Counted from the stretch's first letter, positions 12,177-26,158 are shown. The stretch is DNA of 64,000 nt from Polymyxa betae A26-41 (GCA_003693705.1 RBZT01000855.1:186001-250000), one strand, 5' to 3'. Notes: generated from the letters alone by a model not told the origin. Made by a program: numbers and translations.

Positions 12177-15100
12177 ATGGTAACCGATCCTGACCGAGGG
12201 CGACATAAACAGCCAAGTCGTGGGTCCCGGGTTACCTGGCAGAAGAAGGCAAACATTGCTGAACAACAGTCAAAACAATCGAATGGGAGTATGGAGAAAT
12301 TAGACTTTAAACTTTCCTGTGGATTGGTCGAGGCTTTTTCTGCTAGCACTGAAAACGCAGAGAGCCTAAATGAATGCGAGCCGAATATAACAAAACAAGT
12401 GAAATCAGAAGATGAACAGGCTGAAGCCAGAGCTCGTGTTGACGAATGGATCCGTCACCGGCAAGATTTGCTCCAATGCCGCCAGCAGAACCTTGGCGCC
12501 TGGGTTATCCGCTCTGCCCCTGTTATGAAGAACCTCGATTCCAGCATCAAGAAAACATCAGCCTTTTTAAGAAAGCTGCGCTCGTTCAGTTTAGGCGGAG
12601 AAGCTCATGTCAGAAGCCTCCTTGCTGAACTCGAAAAATTAAACATGAGCCGATATGGGACTGAGATGGTCAGCGCTATCGTTGAGACTCGACTAGCGAG
12701 AAGTGTCGATGTTGGATATGCTGTTCAAATCTCTGGTGCTATCCATAGAATCTATCCGCAGTTCGCCTCTGATCTGGAAGCTGCCCTGTTGCATGTTTTC
12801 GACGGAATTGTCCAGATCTCCAAGAAGAGTGAAATTGATAAAGATCAAGCTGCCCGTTGGAGAAGCACTTTAAAGCTGGTGACAGATTTGGTACTATTCT
12901 TCGCTTATACAATGAACTTCATTAAGCCTTTGTTTTTAAGTTTAGGCATGGTGTGTTCAAGACCCCGAAACTAGCAGCAACTGCAATTAAACAGTTGATT
13001 GAATGTGACCAGGGTTATGATCCTCATTGTACAATTTTATCGATTTTGGTCGGGTTCTGCCGGTATGCCGGCTATGATTTTCTAGGCGTGCTTCCTGTCA
13101 AAGTTGAAGCTGATTTTCAACTTTTTGGTGAATCATCTCGTGACATTTTCAACAAGCCTGAAGATGAGCCGATCGATCAGGAAACGCGAGACAAATGCCA
13201 AATTCTTTTCCATCGTTATTTCGACGCTCTTTCGGGTCGTTTCGCTACGCTGGTTCGCGAGGTGAGCCACCAAAGGAAGGAGAACAAGAGACAAGCCTTC
13301 TACAAAGGGACTGTTGACGAGAAACACATTGCAACTCTCAATGCTCTTACCGAGAAACTGGAATCGTTGAAACTTCATTTGAGCCAATTTGCCGAATTAA
13401 TTCACCGGGACTTGCCCGAGGTGCAAATCGAGGTGGAGGATGAATCTGGAAAGGTTGTTCTAGACAATGAATCTTCAACCGCGCCCAATACGCTTCAGCT
13501 TTTTGACGATGAGGAGACTTTTGCTTTCTATTCTTCGTTGCCGGATTTAAGTGCTATTGTTCCTGGCGTTTTATTGGGTGATATGAAATCAGATTCTGCG
13601 CAAACCGAGGCCATTCTAATCGATGAGAAATCACTTCAAGAAGAGCCGTCATCGTCTGCTGAATCTGGGAACTCTCAGCCCAAGCAGCTTTCTCCCTTTG
13701 ATCTTTTCTTACAAACTTTACCGGACGCGATGAACCGTTCGCAAATTGATGAGATGGCTGAACGTTTTTGCCATCTCAACAACCGTGGAACGCGGAAGCG
13801 CCTGATCGAGACGTTATATCTTGTGAGTCGCGATCGCCTCGATCTCCTTCCATATTACTCCCGTCTAGCTGCCATACTGACTCCGTGTTTCCCAGATATT
13901 GGCTCTGAGGTAATTTTTTTTTACATATGATTGATTTGGCTAAAGTCCATATAGTTGGTCCGGCTTTTGAAAAACCAGTTTTACGGTCTCATGCGGAATA
14001 AATCCCAGCATAATATCGAATCGAAAATCAAAAATGTTCGATTCATTGGGGAATTGGTGAAAGTGGGTTACCAATTGTTTGCTCAACGATCTGTATTTAC
14101 CAGTGTTCTTGCAGTTTGGCATCGCACACCACTCGGTGGCATTTAACGCATGGAATTTTTGCTTGAACGAATTTACCGGACAGCGTATCAATGTCTGCTG
14201 TGCCCTTCTAGAGTCGTGTGGTCGATGGCTGTTTAAAAACCCTGAGACTAACGAGCGTTGCTCCCAGTTTCTTGATCGCATGATGAAGCTGAAGGCTGCC
14301 AAATATATGGAAGAGCACATGAACAATATGGTCGAGAACGCTTATTATCAATGCAATCCCCCAGCTATTCGTGTTCGACGTCGGAAGGTCTATCCGCCGA
14401 TGCGATTATACCTTCATCACTTGATCTATTCTGAGCTCAACGATTCCACTATTGATGACATTTTGATTCTACTTCGGAAACTTGATTGGGATGATGCCAA
14501 TGTTGTGCGTTGGGTAAAAAAGGCGTTAATCAGGGCGGATCGTGTTCAGGTCCAAAACATCAAATGTTTGGCGAGCATCGTCGCCGGTCTTGACAAGTTC
14601 CATCCTGTCGCTGTCGAGATCGGCGATGTCGTTCTTGAGGAGATCCGTCAAGGTCTTGAAAGAAACGATTTCGCAGAATCACAACGCCGTTTAGCATTCG
14701 CCCGATACCTCGGCGAGCTGTATAACTATATGGTTGTCAATGCTCAAACGATTTTCGACACGCTTTATATGATCATCACGCTGGGGCATGAAATCGATCG
14801 AAAAGGGCAACTCGTCAGCCAGATTGACCTCCCAACCGACACATTTCGTGTTCGAATCATATGTGTTATTCTCGATAGCTGTGGTTCATATTTCTCTGGT
14901 GGATCAAAGAAGAAACGTCTCGATCGGTTCTTCTTATTTTTGCAAAGATATCTCATATTGAAAACAGGCAGGTGCCGTTGTATTGTTTTTGTTTATGAAT
15001 GACAATTTCTGCATAGTCGTTCCTGCCGACATCGATTTCTTGGTTGCTGATATTTTTGATATTCTATCCCCTCAGTTACCTAGATATCGTACACTCCCTG

Positions 15101-16045
15101 AGGTGAACGATGCCATTGCGAAGATGGATAAAGGACAAAACGTTGACCGTCTGGTTCCTCTAAGCGGTTTCGAACAATCTAATCAGCAGGCTTTGGAAAC
15201 TACTACTGACGTTGATGCCGAAAGAGTTAGCGATGAGGAAAAGGATCAGAGCAAACCGAACATCGTTGATTCAGAAGATGGTCTCGATGCCGACGATTCT
15301 GAGATCGGTTTGGATGATGAACTCGATGATTTTAATCGCTGGAATCAAAAACGAGATAATCCTTCTCGTTCCACCGATGATAACAAGTTCGGATCTTTCA
15401 GCCTGGATTTTTCTCTTCCTTAATTGATCGCTTTTTAGGGCTTTTGAATTGGAGTTCGAGCGTTTGGTTTTGGAATCTGTGGAACAGAGGAAATTCGAGA
15501 AAAGAACTATTCAAAACTTAACCGATGTCTCGTCTTTCGCTGGTGGCATTAAGCCTGCTTCAAAGATTGATGACGGCAAAGTTCTGTTTCAGCTGTTGAC
15601 GAGAAAATCCAATAAGCCTCAAACTAAATCGTTAGCGATTCCTACTGAAGTATATCAAAGTATTCTATCATCTGCTAATTTTAGCATTGACCGTCATATA
15701 GGTAAGGTTGGCAGCCAAAAGTTTACAAGACAAGAAGAATGCTGCCGAAGAACAAAATGCTTTAAAAAGACTGGTTTTGGCAGGAATGCAGCGAGAAGCG
15801 GAGGTGTGTCTGGACGACATTGCTGATCCGCACATATATGTTGATTTGCTGTGTGTTAGGAGCAACGTGATGGTCATGGAACGGCCTCTGATCTTGACCG
15901 GCACATAACCGTCGATCTCAGCTATCGAAATTTCGATCCGAAATCGACGTCCAGTACGCAGCCTAATTCCAGTCGCCAAAAGTCTGCTCGCGGATTCTCT
16001 AGCGGGCGCAGGTTGCTTGGACGAAGCGGTTCGAATTTGGGTTAG
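12177..16045 (+). CDS. UPF2: Regulator of nonsense transcripts 2 (MIF4G repeats)
   Basis: LDSSIKKTSAFLRKL, RLDLLPYYSRLAAIL, NVRFIGELVK, LLESCGRWL, ENAYYQCNPP, YLGELYNY; stop TAG 16043-16045. Confidence 0.93.
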
Positions 16046-16284
16046 TACGGTATCGAGCATTGCCATAGAGCAGTGTACAGCCAACGCCCTCGAGCGCGTT
16101 AGCTGTCACGATGGTGTCATTCACAGCACATTGGCATGGAAGACGTGGAAGGCATGACGCTTCTGTGTTGTGCGATTGCGAAGCTTCGGATTGACGAGAG
16201 TCGATTGTTGTGTGCTTTATAAATCCGGTCCTGCCTTTTAATCAGTTTATTTAGCATTCCAGTTAATCATCACGCATCAGATAT

Positions 16285-17554
16285 TCAATCTGAATCGACG
16301 TCCTCTAAGTGGCCAGCCAAGCGCATGGCGGCTTGCATCTCTTGCGAGGTTTTCTTGTAGACTTCTTTAATGTCTTGGCCTAGATGGCAAATGCAGTGAA
16401 ATGGCTCCCAGGTGTCTGTACATAATCAGTCCAACGCTGCGATTTAGTGAAAATAATCCAACCGTCCCAATTTCCCTCCCATTCAACCAAATAGACCAAC
16501 TCTCCACTTTCATTCTCTTTGACGTCTTTCAGCCGATTCACAACATACTCTTTGTCAGCTTTAGAGCTTGAGCTGCGCCTCTTCTTGGCCTTTCGCTTCT
16601 TTTCAGCCACGCCTGGTTTACCCGTCCTGACGGGTGACTTTATTGGCTTTTTCTCATCATCCCGTGCATCTTCTCTGGATTTTCGCTCGTCGACAAGACG
16701 AGTTTTTTTTTCAGGACTCTTGGGTTTTAAGGATGTCATTTCGGTTAGACCTGGTTTCAACGTTGTTTTCGGCAAAGTTGATTTTGATTTCTGCTGTGAC
16801 AAATTCGAAGTCACCTTCTGATATGGCAGTCGCAGTGCCTCTTTTTGAGCAGGTTTTAGTTGTAGTTTCTCCGATAATTGAACAGGAGATCGAGACAAGT
16901 TTGGAGTGAGACTACGTTGTTCATCCAGATCAACAGGCGTATTTCTTAAAATGGACATCGGCGACAGTGATCGTGGACGGATTGTCTCTAATGTTGGCTC
17001 ATGGTGTTTCGAGCGTTTCACAAGTACCGATTCTGGATGACCTTCCTTTCCGTGACCGTTATCATCCAGTAGCCCATTAAAACTTGAAATCCTGCGAATA
17101 GGATCCCTACCGCGTTTGCGATGGTTTCTCCAATCATTGCCGAGCAGTGTCGACATTGCGGTTTGTGACGACATCTTCTGATGGGAAGCGTTATGTTGGG
17201 ATAGCTCATCGATATATTCGAAAAAATCGTGAGCTTGTCCACAGTCCAAAGCCATCTAAATAGGAAATTTAACATAATTTAGATCCAGCAAAACAAGCAG
17301 ATTCGAGAAACCGACTTTATAGGCGAGCTCAGCAACGTGCTCCCACCACATGGTATTTTAAGCAGTCAATTCTAATTAAATGCTCAGTACTCGAAGTGCA
17401 GCTGACAGAGCAATCCCGTCAGCTTGTAGAAAATTAGGCGGCTAAAATGATCTGAACTGGCCGAGAATGTGAAAGATAAACGACCAAGAGCAATGATATC
17501 AAAAGTCCGCCCGCTTGCTGACTGCTCGTCACACAAACGAGCGCCATTAATCAT
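16285..17554 (-). CDS. Protein with basic low-complexity region and C-terminal chromo(-like) domain
   Basis: EYVVNRLKD..LVYLVEWEGNWD/TWEP across an intron; KKRKAKKRR NLS-like stretch; 5' exons uncertain. Confidence 0.65.
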
Positions 17555-18255
17555 TAATGTATTCTCAGCGGACGACAATTTCGTTGTCAATCATGTCTGT
17601 CGAAATATAATCCAACTAAATGTGAAGGTCCAAGGACAGTGGGGATCCAAAGTCAGGCATCCTGAACGTTCTCGTTGGTGTGCTTTCTTTAGAATCAAGA
17701 CGATGGTGGGATGTAAACTGCTGTGGGTCTGGAAATCTGTTCTGAGCAGTGAGCAAACCTCGATTGAGGTTAAACTGATTCACCGCAAATTACGGTAGCA
17801 AGAGCACTCTTATACGCATCCACAACAATGATAAGAAAATACAGTACAACAGGATTTGCTTTGGACAAAACTTTCCATAATAATTGAATCCTGGATATTT
17901 GGAATAAGAATCTGGATGCTAAATCCAGTACCACATACAAGACGGAGGCCTTATATGCCGATTTTCTATAAAACCTGAACATCACAATTTCTCGACGCCT
18001 ACAGCCCTGGTAACTGCCTACTAAATACTGATCGCCATGTTCTGTATTGAGGAAAATCGATTGGTTTGCCTGTGATTGATAACAGCAATAGTGAAAATGC
18101 TGCGGTCAGAAATCATTCGCATTGTTGAACGAACTCCACTGGTGCACGCTTATTAGCACGAACGGCGCCAACAACCTTGGTTCAGATGTTCGCGGTTGTG
18201 CACAGCGAGATCGCTGGCAAGTCGTTGTGGGCATTGACTCAAACGTCCCATTGCG

Positions 18256-21200
18256 ATGGGTAGCGGAATCAGCAAGAGTTCGCAATTGAAAGCGCTCGAA
18301 AAACGATGTAGGTCTTAGTCGATATCATTGCTGCTTATATCATTTCTGGCTATTGAATCTCGGTTCTGCATAAACCGAGGTTTGGGTGAGGGCCTCGTCT
18401 CTCTGTTTCATTTCAAATCTCTCTGTGCTCCGTTCTGATCTTCGTCAAGTCGATGCCGAGGAGTTGTTCACGCTGCGTCAGACGTTTACCGAATTGGCGG
18501 CCCGGAACCGAGGCAAGTTCATCGATCGGGAGATGTTCAAACTCGTGTTCCGGATGCCCGGCATCCTATCAGATCGACTTTTCAACGCGTTCGACCTGAA
18601 TCAGAGCGGCATGATCGACTATGAATCATTTATCACTGGCTTAGCGTTGTTTGTGAGAGGATCTTTTGACGAAAGGGTCAGACTGGGTTCTAAATTCGTT
18701 TTTTTTTTACTTGCTCATTTACTTTTTTTTTCCTACGGTTTGCTTGCAGCCTCTGTTTTCTGTTTGATAATGCTCGGTGTATTCTTATCAGGAGCGATTC
18801 TTTTCTCGTTAAACCGACAGTTCCGTTGTTAGTATTTCTCGCTTACATTTTCGTATTAGATTTCTATTGGTTAATCGACTTCAGAGTGCTAATCTCGCTT
18901 CTATCATAGATCAATTTCCTTTTCCGAATATACGATATTGACCAGAACGGTCGGATAACGAGGGAGGGCCTGACCACTGTTTTGAACTCGGTTCTATTTG
19001 CTGGCTATTTGATTATCTCGTCGCAGAGCGACCCTGAGCGTATATCTGATAGCATCTCAGACGTTATTAGCAAAAGGGTAATCACTCATATCAATCACTG
19101 TCGTTCATCGTTTTTCTCATTTTTGTGTCTCGACAGACCAAAAAACTGGTGGACGACGCTTTCCGCTTTCAGGAGCAAGATGCTTTGACAAAGGATCAGT
19201 TCCGTCGATGGGTATGTCACATTTTGGCAACGTTTAAACAAGCTCATCTGTTGAGAGTCGATTTTGTGCTCGAATAATTTACAATCTCATCTTTCAGGCT
19301 CATGACAATAGCGTCGAAGTCGAATACGCCCTTGATGTTCTCATCCGAGATCGTAACACTTTGCGACGAAAGGGTAACTGTAAGCCAGGCTCTTCGTCTG
19401 ATCTTGGCGGTCGTCTCACATTTGACGGTGTAAGGCTTTCATCGTTTGAGGCGTTATGATTCAAACTCACATTGCCGTAAATGCAGATTTTGAGGTCGCC
19501 TTCTCGGTCATCTTCGTCGCATAGTCCGAATCGTGAACTTTCAACTTCACAGCCGTCATTTCAGCTGTCGCAAGGAGGTTCCTTCCAAGAGATAATAGAT
19601 ACTGGATGCGTTCAGATCCGTCGTCCTGATATGACTGATTATAAAGACAAGTATGTTTCTTGCCCGGATTTCCGTTTGAACGTTTTCTCGGTTGTCCCAT
19701 GATTCTCATTGATCTCCAGACCGGGCGTTCAGATCACTTGCAAGTCCTGCGATTATGACATTTCCGCCTGTTATTGTGCCTACTGTGGATCACCTCTAAA
19801 GTCGCGTGATCGCTTTCTGAGCTGCCCCTACTGTGTTTCCGAAAATCGGCTCGTTCAATGCGATTTTTGTATGAATTGTGGATCTGACCTGCACCTTTTC
19901 AAAACGGATTCTGACGAAGCCGAACCAATTTATGGCGAGATGTAAGTTTGATCAAGTTTCAGGATCTTTCCCTACTTTTGCTGTTGTCCGTATTGCAATT
20001 TTATCCATTTTTCCTGTCACATCTGCACCGGTTTTCACACTATTCTTCTGTTTCAGATCGATAGAAGATGCTTACGGCGGAACCGAAGGCTATTTATGGA
20101 AACTCGGCCAGCATCTGAAGATTTCGGTAGCGTTCATTCTTGATCCGAACTGAAGCCCTTCTGATCCTGCTGACAGACTTGGAGGCAACGCTGGTGCAAA
20201 CTTACTGGGAATTTTCTGTATACGTATCGTTCCGAGGCGGCGTGCAAGCCGGCCGGCATGATCTGCCTTGAAGACGCCCATATCGAGCGTGTTGATCATA
20301 GCAAAGTGCACACGCGCATGAAGAACGGCGTGCAGATCTATTCGCCGATCAACCAACTCAGACGCTGCTTCTATGCTGCAACCGAGTCAGATCGCGAAAG
20401 ATGGTTCAAGGCTTTGCGGAAGGCGGCCCATCAGTTTTGTTTCGAAGTATGCCTTTTGCTACCAATGTTGATATGATGCATCTTACGATTGAGTTGTAGG
20501 ATTTCTACACGATCATTGGAAAGATCGGCGAGGGCAAATTCGCCAATGTTTACTCGTGCACACGAAAGCGAAACAACCAGAAATGTGCTGTCAAAGTCAT
20601 CAACAAATACGGTGAGATTGTTGATTTTTATCTGTCTCGAATTGCTTTATGAACGTTATTATTTTGTCATTGTGCGGACTCTGTCACGCTCAGTGAATGC
20701 TAATTTCTCTGTGGTTTGTTTTTCGGTTTGATTTCTAATTGATAAATCCCTAATCATCAATATCTTCCTCATGAATTGTCTAGATGTCAGACAAAGCGAT
20801 CGCGATAGTTTGCGTACCGAGATCGCTGTCCTGCAGTTTGTCCATCATCCGAATGTTGTTCACCTGAAGAATGTTTTTGAGACACGGTCTCGGATCTATA
20901 TCGTCATGTCGCTTGTTGAAGGTCAGATATTATGATATGTGGTTTTCATTTTGTCGTCAATTATTACAATTCTGGTGATTCTGAGCAATTTTGCATTTGA
21001 CAAACTGCTTAGGTGGTGATCTGTTCCAGCGCCTAAAAGAGCATGGTCGCTACAGTGAAAACGAAGCCCGGAAAGTTATGGATCAGCTTCTGCGTGCCCT
21101 TCTCTATCTGCACGAACGTGGCATCGTTCATCGAGACTTAAAACCCGAAAATATCATGTTAGCTAACAAAAATTCGTTAACTGATATCCAGGTAAATGGC

Positions 21201-21857
21201 TTTCACTCGTTGGTGTCACTTTTTTCTAATGTCTACTGGGAACAGTTGGTGGATTTCGGTCTGAGCAAATTCATTGCCCCAGAAGAAAAAATGAACCAGG
21301 CATGCGGCACTCTATCGTATTTAGCTCCAGAAGTCCTTTTGCGTCAAGGATATGGTCGGGAGGTTGACATCTGGAGCGCTGGTGTCATCCTGTACGTCAT
21401 GCTGTCCTGTCATTTTCCGTTTCCAGATAAAGACATGAAGGCGTACCTAGACAAGGTATATTTTGTTAACTGATTCGAGAGTTTCTTCATTATCTACTGA
21501 CTTATGAAAATTAACCTACGATGATAGGCTATCAATGCAGATTTCTCATTCAGCCATCAAGAATGGGAGACTTCATCCGATGAAGCGAAATCGCTGATTC
21601 GAAAAATGCTAAACCCCAACCCGAGAGCCCGAATCACCGTCAAACAATCGCTCGAACACCCATGGATGCAATATGGAATGGCAGCAAATGGTTCTTTAAC
21701 AGTTAAAACCGAGCCTTCTGATTTGGATCGGTGTAAAGATATACGCTCTCTTTCAAACTCTCAAAACAGTGGATCTTCCTCTAGTAGATCAATTGTAAAA
21801 GGTCCAATACTTCAACAGCTACGTGTAGCTTCAGCAATCGTGGATGCGGATCGCTGA
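18256..21857 (+). CDS. Ca2+-regulated Ser/Thr kinase: N-myristoylation site, EF-hands, Cys-rich region, PH domain, CAMK-group kinase (CDPK7-like architecture)
   Basis: MGSGISK; EF loops DLNQSGMIDYE and DIDQNGRITRE; CxxC cluster at 19709-19945; PH (EGYLWKLG..ERWFKAL); [24 protein letters not shown]. Confidence 0.85.
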
Positions 21858-21974
21858 AATAAATTTATTACCTATTGATGTAATACCTAAGTATTTATCA
21901 AATAAAGAAAATTTTCGGTGAAAGCAGCGAAAAAGATCGAGGCATAACATCATATGAAAGAGAATTTATTCCAC

Positions 21975-24900
21975 TTAATTCTTGTTATCTTCGGTTTTAT
22001 CACGCCAACTGGTCCCGGAAGCTCTGGCGCCCGCCAAAGGCAACTGTGGTGCCGTTCCAGAGTCACCAACACGCCTCCAAGGGCCTACAATTCAGAATCA
22101 GATCTATGCAAACCGCGACAGCAATCAGCGCCCAAACCTGAATCGGCGTCGGCGGTGCCATTCGCATCTCCAATTCGAAACGACGACCTCCATGCGTTAG
22201 ACGCTTGCTTAAGAGCGGGTCCAGCAGAGGCAGATGGTTCTTCACGACGCCAGCCACGTTCAGGGGCCGCAGCTACAACAGGTCTACGGGCGCTAGTATC
22301 AGCAGCGACAGGACGACGAGCATCAGCATCGGCAGTTCTCCAGGTGCGAGCTTCGGGACCAGCTGCAGCAGCAGCAGCTGGAGGAACCACGCTGGCAGCC
22401 GTTTTCTTCTGGCGACGTTCTTCGATTTCCTGAAGAGTTTTGTAAGCATTGGAATGGAGAAAACACCAGCATGGCCAACCTGTTCTCTCTTTCGCTGAAT
22501 TTCGGCGATGCGATCGAGCTTGGCACGACGTTCATTGAGCTCACGGGACTTGGCAGCGCGAGCTTCCTCTTCAGCGTTACGTTTACGTTCAAGTTCTTCT
22601 TCACGGCGTTCGCGTTCAGCATCCAATTCCGCCTGTTTCTTTAATTCCTCAGCGCTACAAATGTTCAATACTCTCATCTCTAAACACCAAAACCGCAAAG
22701 CATACCGTTCAATTTCCTTTTCACGAACTTTTTCATTATATTCTTCAACCATTGCCTTGTAAGCAGTACGGCGCTTCATCATGATCTGCTCGTAAAACAA
22801 TTCACGGAAGTTTGTCATTCGCGATAACCGAGCCTGATCCCAACTTCAATAGATTTCAGGGTACCACTAACAAACACAACCTTGTCGGCAACAGCATCCT
22901 CATGACGAGCGCGATGGGCAGCACAATGCTTCTCCCATTGTTCGTCATAATAGGCCTGGTCTAATACACGCTGCTTGTTATACTGTTCAATCAACAGTGG
23001 GCGCTCTTCAAGGCGCATAGCTCGGTTGGTGAAGTCCAGACGCTTGAAATCTTCCTTCAGTTTGCGCTCTTTAGCACGTTGCCTGAAGATAACAATGTCA
23101 ATACACAGAGAGTTGGATGTGTAAATAGAGCCAACTCTTGAGTCTGAACTTCTTGTTGCGCTTCGATCAGCTTCTCACGATCGACGTTCTCGGCGTCGCC
23201 TTCCAGCGTCTCGATGATTTTACGGGAACGCAGCGTGGCAGAATCGCCAGCAGCAGCAGCAGCGGCCTTCAACTTATCAATCAAGGCGAGATTCTGGGCG
23301 ATCAACCGGTCCTTCTCGAGCCGTTCTTCACGCTCCTTCTCGCGGCGAATCCTCTCTTCATTGAGCCGAGCTTGTTCATCCTCCATCTTACGCTGCTTGT
23401 ATTGCTGAGCGCGGATCATCTCTTCGCGCTACAGTTCACATAATGAGCGCTTCATTTAGCAGTCGAACAGACGAGTACCTCACGACGCTGGGCGACCAGC
23501 TCGGCTTCCTGTTTGCGTCTCTCAATAACCTGCTTACGAATGAATACATCACGATGTTCATGATCCATTCCGATCTTGGCCAACTGGAACACCTATAGAG
23601 CATTAACTACTACGAAGATGGAATGGAGAAGGGATGATAGACCCACCTGAGCTCGTTGCAGATCTTTATCAGTTTGAGTGATAGGATGGATCTTATCAAT
23701 ACAGGTCTGTAGTGAGGCAGCAAGTACAGAGATCTGTTTCATATACCGAGACGATGCAGATGATAAGTCCGAATCGAACACGAGCAGATCTGATGTGTGA
23801 TCAACACGAACACGAACCAGACCGTTCTATGAACAGGCATCAGTAAAGAAAAAACCCCTAAAGCCCCGAAAACCCTAACAACCTTAACAGAGAGAACAAC
23901 CAGTTGCTCAACATGATCCGGTGTCAGCTGAGATGGAACCAATGACAAAAACCGGCTCATTCGCAAGACACGGTACAGCTTGGCACATTGACGCAGCAGT
24001 GTGAATGCGACCGTACGGGCCAGCGCGGGGCCGTACTGGTCCAGGTGTTCGGTGGCAACAACGGCGTCCAGGAGCGGGCGGACCTTTCGCGAGAACGCGA
24101 TCGGGGAAACGGCGTCCTTGCTGGTCATCAAAGCGAAGATCTGCAGAGCCCGCGGGTCAGTACGATGTGATGGTGGAGATGGAAGGCGAGAGCGATACCT
24201 GACGGACCGAATCCGAAGCGAACTTGGTGACATTGGTCTGATGGATCTTATCAAGCATGCGATGGCGGCTGGGAGGTTGAGCGAATCCCAACATCGCCGC
24301 TAGACGAAGGTTCTTCTGATCATCAGCATGGATATGAGCAGGACGGAGCGTCATCGATGAGGTCTGGACAGGGATGGAGAGAGCAGCGATCACCAATTGA
24401 TCCGCATCTACAAACATGTGTTGGGCCGTTGAACGGATACCGACGACGACGAGGTTTACATCGTTGCTGATTCTGGGCGGCCTCACTCGATACGAACGAG
24501 AACTCGAACAGTTTGTCGACACAATAGGCGTGGAACAGCGGGTTCGACGATTTGCAGAAGATGAGCTCGAGTTTCTCGTAATAGGTGGACAGCAGCGATT
24601 GATCCAGGTTGATATCGATCTTGGAGCGAAGAAGCAGCTCGTGAATGTCTGCAATAATGTCAATGAAACCCTAAAACCCTAGCAGAACACCCGCACGAAC
24701 CTTCAATGATACGATAGGCCTCCTGCCAGAGGTCCAACGACGAAGCACATTCCAGCTGGGCGAATCGCGTATTCAAATACGCCTGGACAATCTCGGGAGC
24801 GCTGATATCTACAGAGTTCGGCTGTCCTTGAAAATTGACGATGGCGTTCAGATGAATGCGCATGATCTCGCAAAGACGACGGAATTCACTAGCACGTTGA

Positions 24901-25645
24901 TGCTGCTTGCAGTATTGTAATGCCTTACGAACAGTAGCATGATAGAGCTGATCCAAATGCTGATTGTTTCGCATCACATCCAGAACAGTACGATAGGTGT
25001 CCCAGAGGTATTTCAGCCTGAATACAACGTGAGACAAGGATTGAAGAGATCTGGAAAAACAGAGCACACCATGGCGTCACGATCTCGCGCTTGTTGCGGT
25101 CCTGGTCGTCGTCACCGCCAACACCAGGTACGAAATAATGGACGATATCGGTACGGTAGCCGAGGTCGGCGGTCGGCGCTGTCGGCTGGGGCGTCGGGCT
25201 GGGGACCGCCACAGATTCGGCTTCGGCATCCGATGCTTTCGCCTCGGCCAGACGAATGAATTCTTTAATGATTTTCTCTAATGAAGCCACTTCCTTGGCC
25301 TGACAGATATTACGATAATGCAGTAGACCATCCTAATAGGGAGCTCAGAATGGGGTCATGGGGTCATGGGGTCGCCCCAGATAAAACCCACCTTGGCGTT
25401 TTTTCGATTATTAACGGCCAGCTGAACATAGAGCATCATGATCTGTTCATGAGCTGGCTGCCAAGTTCGATAACGACGCGACATGAGCATGGTATGAAGG
25501 CTACGAAGGGCGGCGTCATCTTTGTTGACTTTGACCAAATCTAGGCAAGCGAATGTCAACAGAGGGGCATCACGAATCCCGGACCGGCAGCCGTACCGAG
25601 CGCTTTGCGCAAGGCGTTCTCGGGCTTGGCGAAATGGTGCGACAT
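21975..25645 (-). CDS. eIF3a: Eukaryotic translation initiation factor 3 subunit A
   Basis: MSHHFAKPENALRKA, LWDTYRTVLDVMRNN, EFRRLCEIMRIHL, TRFAQLE..LDLWQEAYR, RAMRLEERPL and a charged C-terminal coil; many short introns. Confidence 0.95.
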
Positions 25646-26158
25646 GATGCCGAGACTGGTGGAAGCAGGCAGATGGGGGCGAACAAGGTAGACCCGGGTG
25701 CCGCCGACCACCAACGTAACAATGATGCTCTAAAAGCACGGACTGCGACAACTCCGTAACGATGTCCGGACCAAAAATTTCTATCTGCAGAATCAAGTTT
25801 CTCAATGCATTTCGTAAACTGGATGGAGAGTTGTGCGACTCTGGTGGCTGCTAGAAAATATAGTCAAGATTGTGATAAAATGTTATTATCAAATTGGGGT
25901 TTTAAATATTCGTAAAAGGTTGTTGGAATTCGATTTCCGACTGTGAAGTTTCACATCGAACTGATCGGAAGCCACACCCGGAATGTCTTTGTTTAATGTT
26001 GCTAGGGCAGGACGACCTGGTAGATGATCAACTAGAGGTTCGGGAAGCAGTTATTCATCTGAGTAATATTCAGTGTGATGTTGGAGCCTTTCAGAAGCGG
26101 GTTTCATACCAATCGCTGGAACGCCTCTGCTAGATCTAGAGCTTCGACGCGAAACCTT

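Noticed and set aside
18677-18910. Long kinase-gene intron as a possible snoRNA host
   Set aside because: No convincing C/D or H/ACA box arrangement; mostly T-rich sequence.
21954-25805. Many 60-170 aa ORFs overlapping eIF3a
   Set aside because: Antisense or alternate-frame shadows of a GC-rich, low-complexity coding region.
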